60,493 bases of DNA from an uncultured bacterium (GCA_965233185.1 CBDDSA010000090.1:1-60493); one strand, 5' to 3'; shown: positions 9,087 through 18,179, numbered from the stretch's first letter. The notes: generated by a model not told the origin, from the sequence alone. A program made the numbers and translations.

Positions 9087-10421
9087 ATGGAAGCGTCCCA
9101 GCTGAACTGGCTCTCGGCGAGCGACGCGGCGCGCGCGCTGCGCGACGGCGCGGCCACCAGCGAGCAGCTGGTCGGGGCCTGCCTCACGCGCATCCGCGAG
9201 GTCGAGCCGCAGGTCCAGGCCTGGCAGTTTCTCGATCCCGAGCATGCGCTGGCGCAGGCGCGCCAGCTCGACGAGCAGCGCCGCGCAGGCGGCGCGGTCG
9301 GGCCGCTGCACGGCGTGCCCGTGGGGATCAAGGACATCATCGACACGAGCGACATGCCAACCGAGGACGGCACGCCGCTGCACGCCGGCCGCACGCCGGT
9401 GGCCGACGCTACGGTCGTGGCCATGCTGCGGCAGGCGGGCGCGGTGATTCTGGGCAAGACGGTGACCACCGAGTGCGCCTACTACCACCCGGGGAAGACG
9501 CGCAATCCGCACAACCTGGAGCACACGCCGGGCGGCTCCTCGAGCGGCTCGGCGGCCGCGGTCGCCGCCGGCATGGTTCCGCTCGCCTTGGGCAGCCAGA
9601 CCAACGGCTCCACGATCCGACCGGCTTCCTTTTGCGGCGTCTACGGCTTCAAGCCCACGCACGGCCTGATCCCGCGCGGCGGCATCCTGCGTTTGTCGCG
9701 CGCGCTGGATCATGTCGGGCTGTTCGCCCGCAGTCTAGACGACATCGCCCTGCTCGCCGAGCAGCTGGCGGGCCATGACGAGCGCGATCCGGATACCCGG
9801 CTGCGGGCCCGCCCGCCGTTCGCGGCGACCGCGGCGCAGGAACCGCCGTTGCCTCCGCACCTCGCGTTCGTGCGCGGCCCGGCGTGGGATCGCGTCGATG
9901 AGGGCGCGCGCGAGGCATTTGCCGAGCTGGTGACGGCGCTCGGCGCACAGGTGAAGGAAGTCGAGCTGCCCGGCGTGGCGGCCGCGGCGCTCGGCTGGCA
10001 CCGCAGCATCATGGAAGCCGAAATGGCCGCGAACCTGGATCTCGAGTGGGAGCGCGGGCGCGACAAGCTGAGCGAACCGCTGCGCGCGCTGCTGGAGCGC
10101 GGCCGCGCATTGCCGGCGCTCGAGTACCAGAAGGCGCTCGCGCGCATCGAGCTGCTGAACGACGGGTTCGGCGAGTTTTTCGAACGGTTCGACGCGCTGG
10201 TCACGCCGGCCGCCCCGGGCACTGCCCCGCGGGGCCTCGCCTCCACCGGCGACCCGTCCTTCTGCAGCCTGTGGACGCTATGCGGAATGCCCGCGATCAG
10301 CCTGCCGCTGATGCGCGGCGAGAACGGCCTGCCCCTGGGCGTGCAGCTGGTCGGCGCGCGCGGCGGCGATGCGCGGCTGCTGCGCACCGCGCGCTGGCTG
10401 GCGGCGCAGGTGGCGCAATGA
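9087..10421 (+). CDS. Amidase signature family protein
   Basis: PLHGVPVGIKD, HTPGGSSSGSAAAVAAG, GSQTNGSTIRPASFCG. Confidence 0.92.
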   Translation: MEASQLNWLSASDAARALRDGAATSEQLVGACLTRIREVEPQVQAWQFLDPEHALAQARQLDEQRRAGGAVGPLHGVPVGIKDIIDTSDMPTEDGTPLHAGRTPVADATVVAMLRQAGAVILGKTVTTECAYYHPGKTRNPHNLEHTPGGSSSGSAAAVAAGMVPLALGSQTNGSTIRPASFCGVYGFKPTHGLIPRGGILRLSRALDHVGLFARSLDDIALLAEQLAGHDERDPDTRLRARPPFAATAAQEPPLPPHLAFVRGPAWDRVDEGAREAFAELVTALGAQVKEVELPGVAAAALGWHRSIMEAEMAANLDLEWERGRDKLSEPLRALLERGRALPALEYQKALARIELLNDGFGEFFERFDALVTPAAPGTAPRGLASTGDPSFCSLWTLCGMPAISLPLMRGENGLPLGVQLVGARGGDARLLRTARWLAAQVAQ

Positions 10422-10437
10422 CCTCGAGGAGAACCGG

Positions 10438-10602
10438 ATGATCCTGAAGACAGTGGCCGGCCTGATCGCCGTGGCGCTGGTGCTGATCTACCTCGCGCCG
10501 CCGGTCTACAAGCTGCGCGAAGTCGAGCTCGGCGTGGTGGTGGCGATCGGCGTCATCCTGATGCTGGTCGACCTCTGGCAGTCACTGCACAAGGACGACT
10601 AG
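10438..10602 (+). CDS. Small two-TM hypothetical membrane protein (54 aa)
   Basis: GAGGAG SD before ATG 10438; MILKTVAGLIAVALVLIYLAPP...VVVAIGVILMLVDLW with genome-typical codons. Confidence 0.7.
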   Translation: MILKTVAGLIAVALVLIYLAPPVYKLREVELGVVVAIGVILMLVDLWQSLHKDD

Positions 10603-11060
10603 GGCGCCGCCACCAGCGCGCGCAGCTTCTCCAGCTCCGCGCGCAGCTTTTCCAGCTCGCTGCAGTCCGAGAACGACAGTACCCAGTGGGTGAGCTTGCC
10701 GTCCACGCTGCGCACCGCGCCCAGCGCGAGCTCCACCTGGCGCGGCTCGCCGTCCTTGCCGCAGGTATTCACCCGCCAGCGCGTTCCCGGGTCAGCGAGC
10801 GCGCGCTGCAGCGCGGCTTCGTCGCCGCGCAGGAGCAGCTTGGCGGGCGAGCGGCCCACGGCATCGGCCTCGCTCCAGCCGAAGTAGCCGACGAACGCCG
10901 CGTTGACGTAGGTAATCCGCCGGTCCGGCAGCGTGGCATCCAGGAAAGCGAGCGGAAATCCGCACGCCTCGAGCGCGGCGCGCGACACGGAGCTCTCCGA
11001 CAGCAGCCGGAAAAGCGCCGGAGCGGCCTGAGTGCGCTGCACCTTGTTAACGACCGTCAT
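10599..11060 (-). CDS. Stand-alone PAS domain protein with C-terminal coiled coil
   Basis: ITYVNAAF..YFGWSEADAVGRS and KDG...V.L PAS/PAC pattern; start at ATG 11060 is inferred. Confidence 0.78.
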   Translation of the reverse strand: MTVVNKVQRTQAAPALFRLLSESSVSRAALEACGFPLAFLDATLPDRRITYVNAAFVGYFGWSEADAVGRSPAKLLLRGDEAALQRALADPGTRWRVNTCGKDGEPRQVELALGAVRSVDGKLTHWVLSFSDCSELEKLRAELEKLRALVAAP

Positions 11061-11113
11061 GCCTTGCTTGTGCCACGCGCCGGCGGCCGCGGGCAAGGGA
11101 AAACCTCACAAGC

Positions 11114-12061
11114 CTAGGCGGCGTGGCGGGTGCGCTCGGAAAGCGAATAGCAATAGCGGCGCAAGCGGTCCAATTTGGCAGTCTGGATGACTTGCCGCAG
11201 GAAGCTCATGTTGCGGTCGATTTCCGACTGGTACAAGTTCGGGCCGTCGAAGTGGGCGGCGGCGAAGCGGTCGACCGCGCCAAGCTTCTTCTCCATGCGG
11301 GTACGCGCCACGTACTCGTAGAAGCCGGGCGTCTTGATGATGAGGTCCTCGGGCGAGGCATAGCGCACCACCTCGCGGCCGTCGGGCAGCGTCTCGCGCG
11401 CGATATTGGCCCAGACGAACTCGCGGTACAGGAATTCGCGGCATTTCTCGAGGTACATGCGGTCCGACATCTGGCCGATCAGATCGGCGGTGCCGACCAG
11501 GCAGCCGAGCATGCGGTCCTTCGGCTCGTCGACCCGGATGTCGTCGATGTCCATCTCGTAGCCGGTGAAGTGCACCAGGCGCGCAGCGAGCGGCGCCTCG
11601 GCGGCGAAGCCCAGCTGCGGCAAGTAGGCGGAGATGAAGTCGGCGCTGCGGCTGACGTGCACCTTGGTGAACACGGCGCCGTTCTCGACGTGGCTCTCCG
11701 AGGTCCGCTTCAGGTAGCCCGCATCGTGCAGCAGCGCCACCAGCACGCCGAGCATGGCGCGCCGCGGGCCGAGGCGCTCGTCGGGCGCGCAGCTGCGCTC
11801 GTGGCCGTCGACCAGTCGCGCCATGGCGAGCGACATGTCGAGCGTGTGGCGCACGTCGTGGTACAGGGTGTCGCAGGCCAGGTAGCCGGGAAAGCGGCCC
11901 TCGAACAGGGCGGCGATGTCGTCGAAGCCGCGCGCGAGCCGCGCGAGGTCGGCCCCGGGATAGCGGGCGGCGAAAATGCCGAGCACCGCATGCTTCACCC
12001 GGGACGGACTCTCGACGTCGACTCGATTGCTGACGTCGTTCTGGTTCAGCCGATCCTGCAT
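11114..12061 (-). CDS. HD-superfamily metal-dependent phosphohydrolase
   Basis: YHDVRHT, LLHDAGY, HV.RS and ADL motifs. Confidence 0.8.
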   Translation of the reverse strand: MQDRLNQNDVSNRVDVESPSRVKHAVLGIFAARYPGADLARLARGFDDIAALFEGRFPGYLACDTLYHDVRHTLDMSLAMARLVDGHERSCAPDERLGPRRAMLGVLVALLHDAGYLKRTSESHVENGAVFTKVHVSRSADFISAYLPQLGFAAEAPLAARLVHFTGYEMDIDDIRVDEPKDRMLGCLVGTADLIGQMSDRMYLEKCREFLYREFVWANIARETLPDGREVVRYASPEDLIIKTPGFYEYVARTRMEKKLGAVDRFAAAHFDGPNLYQSEIDRNMSFLRQVIQTAKLDRLRRYCYSLSERTRHAA

Positions 12062-12175
12062 GCCGTAGGCGCGCGGTCCTCGGCCGCGTGCCCCGCCTCC
12101 CCCTCTGGTTGCCCCAAATTATCCGCTCGCGCGCAAGCTCAAAGCAATGGGGAGGCGGCCGATGACAAAAACAAG

Positions 12176-12532
12176 GGGAGACGGCCGATAAGCCGGGTTC
12201 TGTGGCGCCCGGGTTGCCCCGGGCCGGCAGCCATTCCTCTGGGCCCGGGCTCGCGCCCGGGCTCTAGCCACCTACCCGCAAGCTGGGCCGAGCCGGCCTC
12301 TGGCGCCCCTTGCGGCGCGCCGCGCTTGCCTATTTGGTGTTGCTCCGGATGGAGGTTGCCGCGTTTCACCCCCCGGGCCCCGCAGGCTTGCACCTGCGGT
12401 ACTAAGGTCCCGGGGACTCGTCTCTGTGGCCCTCTTCGTCACGTCGCCGTGCCAGGGCGTTACCCTGCATCCCGCTCTGCGGAGCCCGGACTTTCCTCTG
12501 TGTTGTGCACAGCGGCTGCCTGGCCGACTCCC
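12176..12532 (-). ncRNA. rnpB: RNase P RNA (bacterial type A)
   Basis: Minus strand has GAGGAAAGTCCGGGCT, GGGTGAAAC.CGGCAACCTCCA, GAGCAA, AGAGGAATG and ACAGAACCCGGCTTA conserved regions; ends pair as P1 (GGGAGTCGGCC / GGCCGTCTCCC). Confidence 0.97.
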
Positions 12533-13269
12533 GCGGCCATTTTACGCCCCCGCAGGGGGCGAAAGTAGCGCGCGTCGTCATAGAACTCCGGGCGCTCGCT
12601 CCCCGGGAGCCACCCGGGATAGCCGTAAATCGGCACCACCGGGAGGTCGCGCGGCGTGGCATCGGCGGGCAGCGCCGCCAGAAGCGCGGCGGCGCGCGCG
12701 TCCAGATCGGTTCCCGGCGCGACCGGCAACGCCTTGCACGTGACCCCGGGCCAGGGCTGCGAAGCCTTGTCGAGCACGCCGTGGCCGAGAACGGCGAAGC
12801 GCATCGAGCGCAGCACGCGCTCGCGCTGGTGCCAGAACAGCTCCTTCCAGCGAAAGCCGCGCATCATCTCGATCAGGTCCTGCTCCGCGCACGCCACGAT
12901 CACGCCGCCCTCGTCCAGCAGCGTGAGCAAGTCGCGCTTGCGCCCGCGCCGCCCGCGCTCGGCCGGAATCGCCGCGGCGTGCAGGGCGTTGAGGCGCGCC
13001 TTGGTACGCGGAAAGGCGAGCCAGGCGAGCGCATTGAACAGGTCGTGGCTGCTTCCAGCGCGGGTAAAGACGCAGCCGGTCTGGAAAACGTGCACCTCGT
13101 AATACGCGTTCGCCGGCTGCGGCGGCACGAAGCGCACCGGCCGCCCGCTTTGCGTGCGCAGCCCGGCCTCCTCGGCGAGCGCGTTCAGGCCCTCCAGCGT
13201 CGGGGCGCCCAGCTTTTCCAGCCATGGGCGCACCGCGTCGTATACCGGGTGCGCTAGGCGAGCTTCCAG
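12460..13269 (-). CDS. DUF3025-like hypothetical protein
   Basis: YE..V...G.V.TR..S.HDLFNAL.W..FPR.K..LN.LH, RD.LTL.DE.G and PGW...FYDD..YFRP pattern; start uncertain (CTG 13269 overlapping the pyrC end, or a downstream GTG); 3' end runs into rnpB. Confidence 0.7.
   Translation of the reverse strand: MEARLAHPVYDAVRPWLEKLGAPTLEGLNALAEEAGLRTQSGRPVRFVPPQPANAYYEVHVFQTGCVFTRAGSSHDLFNALAWLAFPRTKARLNALHAAAIPAERGRRGRKRDLLTLLDEGGVIVACAEQDLIEMMRGFRWKELFWHQRERVLRSMRFAVLGHGVLDKASQPWPGVTCKALPVAPGTDLDARAAALLAALPADATPRDLPVVPIYGYPGWLPGSERPEFYDDARYFRPLRGRKMAAGVGQAAAVHNTEESPGSAERDAG
12539..12544 (-). promoter_or_regulatory. -10 element of rnpB promoter
   Basis: TAAAAT followed by a GC-rich discriminator GGCCGC immediately before the P1 5' strand. 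Confidence 0.7.
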
Positions 13270-14285
13270 GGGATGGTCTCGCCCGCGCGCAGCGGCACAA
13301 GCTCCTCGCCGCCGAACTTCAGACGCTGCGGCACGGTCCAGTCCTCGCGCAGCAGCGTCACGCTGTCTTCGTTCACCGGCAGGCCGTAGAAGCGCGCGCC
13401 GAACACGCTGGCGAATCCTTCCAGCCGGGCAAGCGCACCGGCTTCCTCGAAGGCGACGGCGTAGAGCTCGAGCGCCGCGTGGGCGGTGTAAATGCCGGCG
13501 CAGCCGCACGCGGCCTCCTTGTCGCGCCGGGGATGCGGCGCGCTGTCGGTGCCCAGGAAAAATTTCGGATTGCCGGAGGTGCAGGCCTCGACCAGCGCCT
13601 CGCGGTGCTCCTCGCGCTTGAGCACGGGCAGGCAGTAATGGTGCGGCCGGATGCCGCCGAGGAACAGCGCGTTGCGGTTCATGAGGAGGTGGTGCGCGGT
13701 GACGGTGGCGGCGACATTGGGTCCGGTGACCTCGACGTACTGCACCGCGTCGCGCGTGGTGATGTGCTCCAGCACGATCTTCAGGCCCGCAAAGCGCTCG
13801 ACCGTGGGCCCGAGCACTTCGTCGATGAAAGCCCTCTCGCGGTCGAACACGTCGATGGCGGGGTCGGTGGACTCGCCGTGCACCAGCAGCGGCAGCCCGA
13901 CCTCCTGCATTTTCTCGAGCGCGTTGAAGCAGCGCGAAATGCGCGTCACCCCCGCATCCGAATGCGTAGTCGCGCCGGCAGGGTAGAGCTTCACCCCGTG
14001 CACGTGGCCCGAAAGCTTGGCGCGCACGATCTCCTCGGGCGGGGTGTCGTCGGTCAGGTACAGCGTCATGAGCGGCTCGAACGCCGCGTCCCCGGGCAGC
14101 GCGGCGAGTATGCGCTCGCGGTAGTCGAGCGCCTGGTGGGTGGTGCGCAGCGGCGGCTTGAGATTGGGCATGACGATGGCGCGCGCGAAGCGGCGCGCGC
14201 TGTCGGCGAGCACCGAAGCCATTGCCGGCCCGTCGCGCAGGTGCAGGTGCCAGTCATCCGGGCGCCTGAGGGTCAGCCGGTCCAT
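13254..14285 (-). CDS. pyrC: Dihydroorotase
   Basis: RPDDWHLHLRDG, VMPNL, KLYPAGATT, EHITT, CLPVLK, FLGTDSAPH. Confidence 0.97.
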   Translation of the reverse strand: MDRLTLRRPDDWHLHLRDGPAMASVLADSARRFARAIVMPNLKPPLRTTHQALDYRERILAALPGDAAFEPLMTLYLTDDTPPEEIVRAKLSGHVHGVKLYPAGATTHSDAGVTRISRCFNALEKMQEVGLPLLVHGESTDPAIDVFDRERAFIDEVLGPTVERFAGLKIVLEHITTRDAVQYVEVTGPNVAATVTAHHLLMNRNALFLGGIRPHHYCLPVLKREEHREALVEACTSGNPKFFLGTDSAPHPRRDKEAACGCAGIYTAHAALELYAVAFEEAGALARLEGFASVFGARFYGLPVNEDSVTLLREDWTVPQRLKFGGEELVPLRAGETIPWKLA

Positions 14286-14294
14286 CGGCCGATT

Positions 14295-15131
14295 CTACTT
14301 GGACCGCTCCAGCGCCCTGCGGTAGAGCTCGCGCTTCGGCGCGCCGGTGATGCGCGCCGCCAGCCGGGCGGCATCGCTGGGCGCCAGCGCCTCGAGCAGC
14401 ACGCCGAGGACACGATCCGCGCTCGCCGCGGCCGGATCCTGCCGTGCGCCGGGCGCGAGCACGAGGACGAATTCCCCCTGGGTGCGGTGCGGCTGCGCCG
14501 ACAGCCAGGCAGGCGCCTCGCCAAGCGCCAGCCGAACCACCTCCTCGAACTTCTTCGTGAGCTCGCGCGCGATCACGATTTCCCTCTGCGGGCCGAAGCG
14601 TTCACCCAGGTCCTGCAACGCTTCGACGATGCGATGGGGCGCTTCGTAAAGGATGACCGGGAACGGCAGGTCGAGCTCCTCCAGCGCCTTGCGCCGCGCG
14701 GCCGGCGCTGCCGGCAGGAAGCCGGCGAACAGGAAGCGGTCGGCGGCGAAGCCCGCAGCCGAGAAGGCCGCCGCCGCAGCGCTGGGTCCCGGCAACGGGC
14801 TGACGCGGATCGCGGCGCGGTGCGCCAATTGCACCAGCAGGGCGCCCGGGTCGGACAGGCCCGGCGTCCCGGCGTCGCTCACCAGCGCGACGTTGCGGCC
14901 TTCCTTGAGCGCTTCAATGAGGTGCGCCGAGGCGGTCCGCTCGTTGTGCTCGTGCAGCGCGAGCGTGCGCGTCTCGATCCCGTGGCGCGCGAGCAGGGTG
15001 CGGGTCGTGCGCGTGTCTTCGCACGCGACGAGGTCGGCGCTGCGCAGGACCTCTAGGGCGCGCGGGCTGGCATCGGCTAGGTTGCCGATCGGCGTGGCGA
15101 CGACGAACAGGGTGCCCGCAGTCATTCGCAT
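14295..15131 (-). CDS. rsmI: 16S rRNA (cytidine1402-2'-O)-methyltransferase
   Basis: LFVVATPIGNL.D, ACEDTR, VSDAGTPGLSDPG, YEAPHR, ARELTK.FEE; divergent from yraN as usual. Confidence 0.95.
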   Translation of the reverse strand: MRMTAGTLFVVATPIGNLADASPRALEVLRSADLVACEDTRTTRTLLARHGIETRTLALHEHNERTASAHLIEALKEGRNVALVSDAGTPGLSDPGALLVQLAHRAAIRVSPLPGPSAAAAAFSAAGFAADRFLFAGFLPAAPAARRKALEELDLPFPVILYEAPHRIVEALQDLGERFGPQREIVIARELTKKFEEVVRLALGEAPAWLSAQPHRTQGEFVLVLAPGARQDPAAASADRVLGVLLEALAPSDAARLAARITGAPKRELYRRALERSK

Positions 15132-15187
15132 GGCTGTTCCTTGGTCTTTCGGTCAACCGGGAGGGCGGATGTGCCGTTAAGCGTGCC

Positions 15188-15547
15188 ATGAACCGAGCGC
15201 GCGTGCGAGCCAACCAGGCGGGCGCACGAGCCGAGGACCTGTGCGCCGGGCTGCTGCGCGAGGCCGGTGTGCGCGTGCTGGAGCGCAACTGGCGCTCCCG
15301 CCTGGGCGAAATCGACCTGATCGCGGACGACGGCGGCGTGCTGGTGTTCGTCGAGGTGCGCATGCGGCGCGGCTGGGGCTTCGGCGGCGCCGCCGAAAGC
15401 GTGACCGCGGCAAAGCGCGCACGCATCCTGGCTGCGGCGCGCCTTTATCTTTCGCGCCGGCCGCAGGCGCGCTGTCGCTTCGACGTGTTCCTGATCGACG
15501 GACCGGCGGGCGACGTAAAGTGGATTCGCGATGCGTTTGGCGAATAG
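15188..15547 (+). CDS. yraN: YraN family endonuclease-like protein (UPF0102)
   Basis: G..AE, ERNWR...GEIDLI, LVFVEVR.R, CRFDV. Confidence 0.92.
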   Translation: MNRARVRANQAGARAEDLCAGLLREAGVRVLERNWRSRLGEIDLIADDGGVLVFVEVRMRRGWGFGGAAESVTAAKRARILAAARLYLSRRPQARCRFDVFLIDGPAGDVKWIRDAFGE

Positions 15548-15911
15548 CGTTGCGGCCCTGCTGCTCGCGCTGCTGTTGCCGGGCTCGGCGCCCGCCCAGG
15601 ACCTTGGCGCCCGCCTGTTGGTGCAAAGCTCGCCGCTCGCGGGTTTGCGCTATTACGCCGCCGTCGAAGTCTGGCCGAAGCTCAAGGTGGGCGACGAGCT
15701 GCAGCTTTTGCGCGAGCGCGGCAATCCGCACGACGCGAATGCCGTCGCGCTCGCCTGGCGGGGCCGCAAGCTCGGCTACGTGCCGCGGCGCTCCAACGCC
15801 GCGCTCGCATGGGGGCTGGACCGCGGCGCAGCGCTCAGGGCGCGCATCAGCCGCCTGGCGATGCATCCCAACCCGGCGCGCCGGCTCGAGTTCGAGGTGT
15901 TCATGGAGTGA
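15531..15911 (+). CDS. HIRAN domain protein with N-terminal signal peptide
   Basis: LAGLRYY, L.LLRE..NPHDANAV, KLGYVPR..N HIRAN pattern; hydrophobic leader ending APA. Confidence 0.82.
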   Translation: MRLANSVAALLLALLLPGSAPAQDLGARLLVQSSPLAGLRYYAAVEVWPKLKVGDELQLLRERGNPHDANAVALAWRGRKLGYVPRRSNAALAWGLDRGAALRARISRLAMHPNPARRLEFEVFME

Positions 15912-15929
15912 CGGTGTAAAATCGTTCGC

Positions 15930-16538
15930 ATGGCACAGCTCGACGCGGCGCTTCGCATGCGGGTCAGCGCACAGTTCGCCGAAAGCGCGCAGCTGAAGAT
16001 CGACGCGTCGCAGGCGCTGGCCGAGCCGGTGGCGCGCGCCGGCGTGCTGCTCGCCGAAGCCCTGCGCGCGGGCGGCAAGGTGCTCTCCTGCGGCAACGGC
16101 GGCTCGGCCGCGGACGCGCAGCATTTCGCCGCGGAGCTGGTCAACCGCTTCGAGCGCGAGCGTGCGCCGCTCGCCGCGGTCGCCCTGACCACCGACAGCT
16201 CCACCCTCACGTCCATCGCCAACGACTACGCCTACGAGCAGGTTTTCGCCAAGCAGGTGCGGGCGATCGGCCGGCGCGGCGACGTGCTGCTCGCGCTCTC
16301 GACCAGCGGCAATTCGGCCAACGTCATCGAGGCGATGCGCGCGGCCGGCGAGCTCGGCGTGCGGGTGGTCGCCATGACCGGCAACGGCGGCGGCAGGATG
16401 GGCGCCATGCTCACGGCGCAGGACCTGCATATCTGCGTGCCGCACAAGGGCACCGCGCGCATCCAGGAGGTGCACCTGCTGGTGCTGCATTGCCTGTGCG
16501 ACGGCATCGATTTCCACCTCTGCGGGGGAGACGCATGA
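15930..16538 (+). CDS. gmhA: Phosphoheptose isomerase (GmhA/DiaA SIS family)
   Basis: [36 protein letters not shown]. Confidence 0.9.
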   Translation: MAQLDAALRMRVSAQFAESAQLKIDASQALAEPVARAGVLLAEALRAGGKVLSCGNGGSAADAQHFAAELVNRFERERAPLAAVALTTDSSTLTSIANDYAYEQVFAKQVRAIGRRGDVLLALSTSGNSANVIEAMRAAGELGVRVVAMTGNGGGRMGAMLTAQDLHICVPHKGTARIQEVHLLVLHCLCDGIDFHLCGGDA

Positions 16539-17149
16539 AGCTCTATTGGCTGGTCTGCCTGCTCGCGCTGCAAGGCTGCGCGGCGGCGCTGATCGGCGCG
16601 GGCGGCACGGCGGCGGTCAGCACCGCGTTCGAGCGCCGCACCACCGCGGCGATCTTCACCGACGAGAGCATGGCCCTCACCATCCGCGAGCGCATCAACG
16701 AGCGTTTCGGCAGGCTGACGCACGTCAATGTCGCGCCCTACAACCGGGTGGTCCTGCTTACCGGCGAAGTCCCGGATGCGGCGACGCGCGCGGCTATCGA
16801 GGCGGACGTGCGCGACATCGCCAACGTGCGCGGGGTGGTCAACGAGATCCAGATCGCGCCGCCCGCTTCGCTCGCCGACCGCGCCAACGACTCGCTCATC
16901 ACGACCCGGCTCAAGACCCGGTTTCTCGACGCCAACAAGTTCAATCCGGTGCACGTCAAGGTGGTCACCGAGGCCGGCGTGGTGTACCTGCTGGGTATCG
17001 TCACCGAACAGGAGGCGAGCGAGGCCGTGGAGCTCGCGCGCACCACCGGCGGAGTGATCAAGGTGGTGAAGATGTTCAGCTTTTGCCAGCCGACCGACGA
17101 GCTGTGCCGGCCGACCGAGCGCCCGGCCGCACCTGCCCAGGGGTCGTGA
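16535..17149 (+). CDS. BON-domain lipoprotein (DolP/YraP-like)
   Basis: ATG 16535 overlaps gmhA stop; lipobox LQGC; two BON domains ([21 protein letters not shown]). Confidence 0.88.
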   Translation: MKLYWLVCLLALQGCAAALIGAGGTAAVSTAFERRTTAAIFTDESMALTIRERINERFGRLTHVNVAPYNRVVLLTGEVPDAATRAAIEADVRDIANVRGVVNEIQIAPPASLADRANDSLITTRLKTRFLDANKFNPVHVKVVTEAGVVYLLGIVTEQEASEAVELARTTGGVIKVVKMFSFCQPTDELCRPTERPAAPAQGS

Positions 17150-17625
17150 AGCCGCCGCCGTTCGAGGCGAAAATCCAGTCCCCCGCGGGGGTGGCGCAAT
17201 GGATCGGCCGCCTGCCGCGGCCCCTGGTGTTCACCAACGGGGTTTTCGACATCCTGCATCGTGGCCACGTCACCTATCTCGCCCGCGCCCGGGAGCAGGG
17301 CGCCGCCCTGCTCGTGGCGCTCAATAGCGATGCGTCCGCCCGCCGGCTGGGCAAGGGCGCCGACCGGCCCGTCAATGCGCTGGAGGACCGCCTGGCGCTC
17401 GCCGCCGCGCTCGCCTCGGTCGACGCCGTGACCTGGTTCGAAGAGGACACCCCGGAGGCATTGATCGGCGCCTGCCGGCCCGAGGTTCTCGCCAAGGGCG
17501 GCGACTGGCCGGTGGAGCGCATTGCCGGGGCGCGCCACGTCCTTGCGCGCGGCGGGCGGGTGCTGTCGATTCCGTTCGAGCACGAGCGCTCCACCACGGC
17601 GCTGATCCGCCGCATTCGGCAGTAA
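17146..17625 (+). CDS. rfaE2: D-glycero-beta-D-manno-heptose 1-phosphate adenylyltransferase
   Basis: GTG start overlapping BON stop; VFTNGVFDILHRGH, LNSDAS..RLGKG..RP, KGGDW, STT. Confidence 0.92.
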   Translation: MKPPPFEAKIQSPAGVAQWIGRLPRPLVFTNGVFDILHRGHVTYLARAREQGAALLVALNSDASARRLGKGADRPVNALEDRLALAAALASVDAVTWFEEDTPEALIGACRPEVLAKGGDWPVERIAGARHVLARGGRVLSIPFEHERSTTALIRRIRQ

Positions 17626-17635
17626 TATCGCCTCC

Positions 17636-18163
17636 ATGCGGCTGCACCAGCTCAAGGTGGATTACGACGCCGAACAGGACCGCCTGCTGATGCTGGTCGC
17701 CACGAGTGAAGGCGTGGAGCTGCGCCTCGCCCTTACGCGCCGTTTCGTGAAGCTGCTGTGGCCGCTGCTGGTGAAGCTGGCGGAGGAGGCGAGCCCGCGC
17801 ATCCGCACCCAGGCCAACCCGGAGGCGCGCAAGGCGCTCCTCGGCCTGGAGCACGAGCACGCGGTCTCCAAGGCCGATTTTTCCAAGCCCTACGACCCGG
17901 GCGCGAGCGCCACGCCCCTGGGCGCAGCGCCGCTGCTCCTTGCACGCATCCAGACCGGCCGCGATCGCAAGGGCCAGCCGGTGGTGGCGCTGCATCCGTC
18001 GCAGGGCCAGGGCATCACGCTGACCTTCGACTCCGTGCTGCTGCACTCGGTATGCCGGCTGCTGCAGTCGGCGGTGAAGAAAAGCGACTGGGACATGGAG
18101 CTCAAGCTTCCGGGCGCCGAGCCCGCCGAGGCCCCCGAGCGCACGGCGCGCACGCTCAACTGA
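17636..18163 (+). CDS. Hypothetical protein
   Basis: 175-aa ORF with genome-typical codon bias filling the gap; no family recognised. Confidence 0.75.
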   Translation: MRLHQLKVDYDAEQDRLLMLVATSEGVELRLALTRRFVKLLWPLLVKLAEEASPRIRTQANPEARKALLGLEHEHAVSKADFSKPYDPGASATPLGAAPLLLARIQTGRDRKGQPVVALHPSQGQGITLTFDSVLLHSVCRLLQSAVKKSDWDMELKLPGAEPAEAPERTARTLN

Positions 18164-18179
18164 CTTATAATCGGGGGCT

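Noticed and set aside
12139..12743. Short ORFs over the 12.1-12.7 kb region
   Set aside because: The region is explained by RNase P RNA and the DUF3025-like tail
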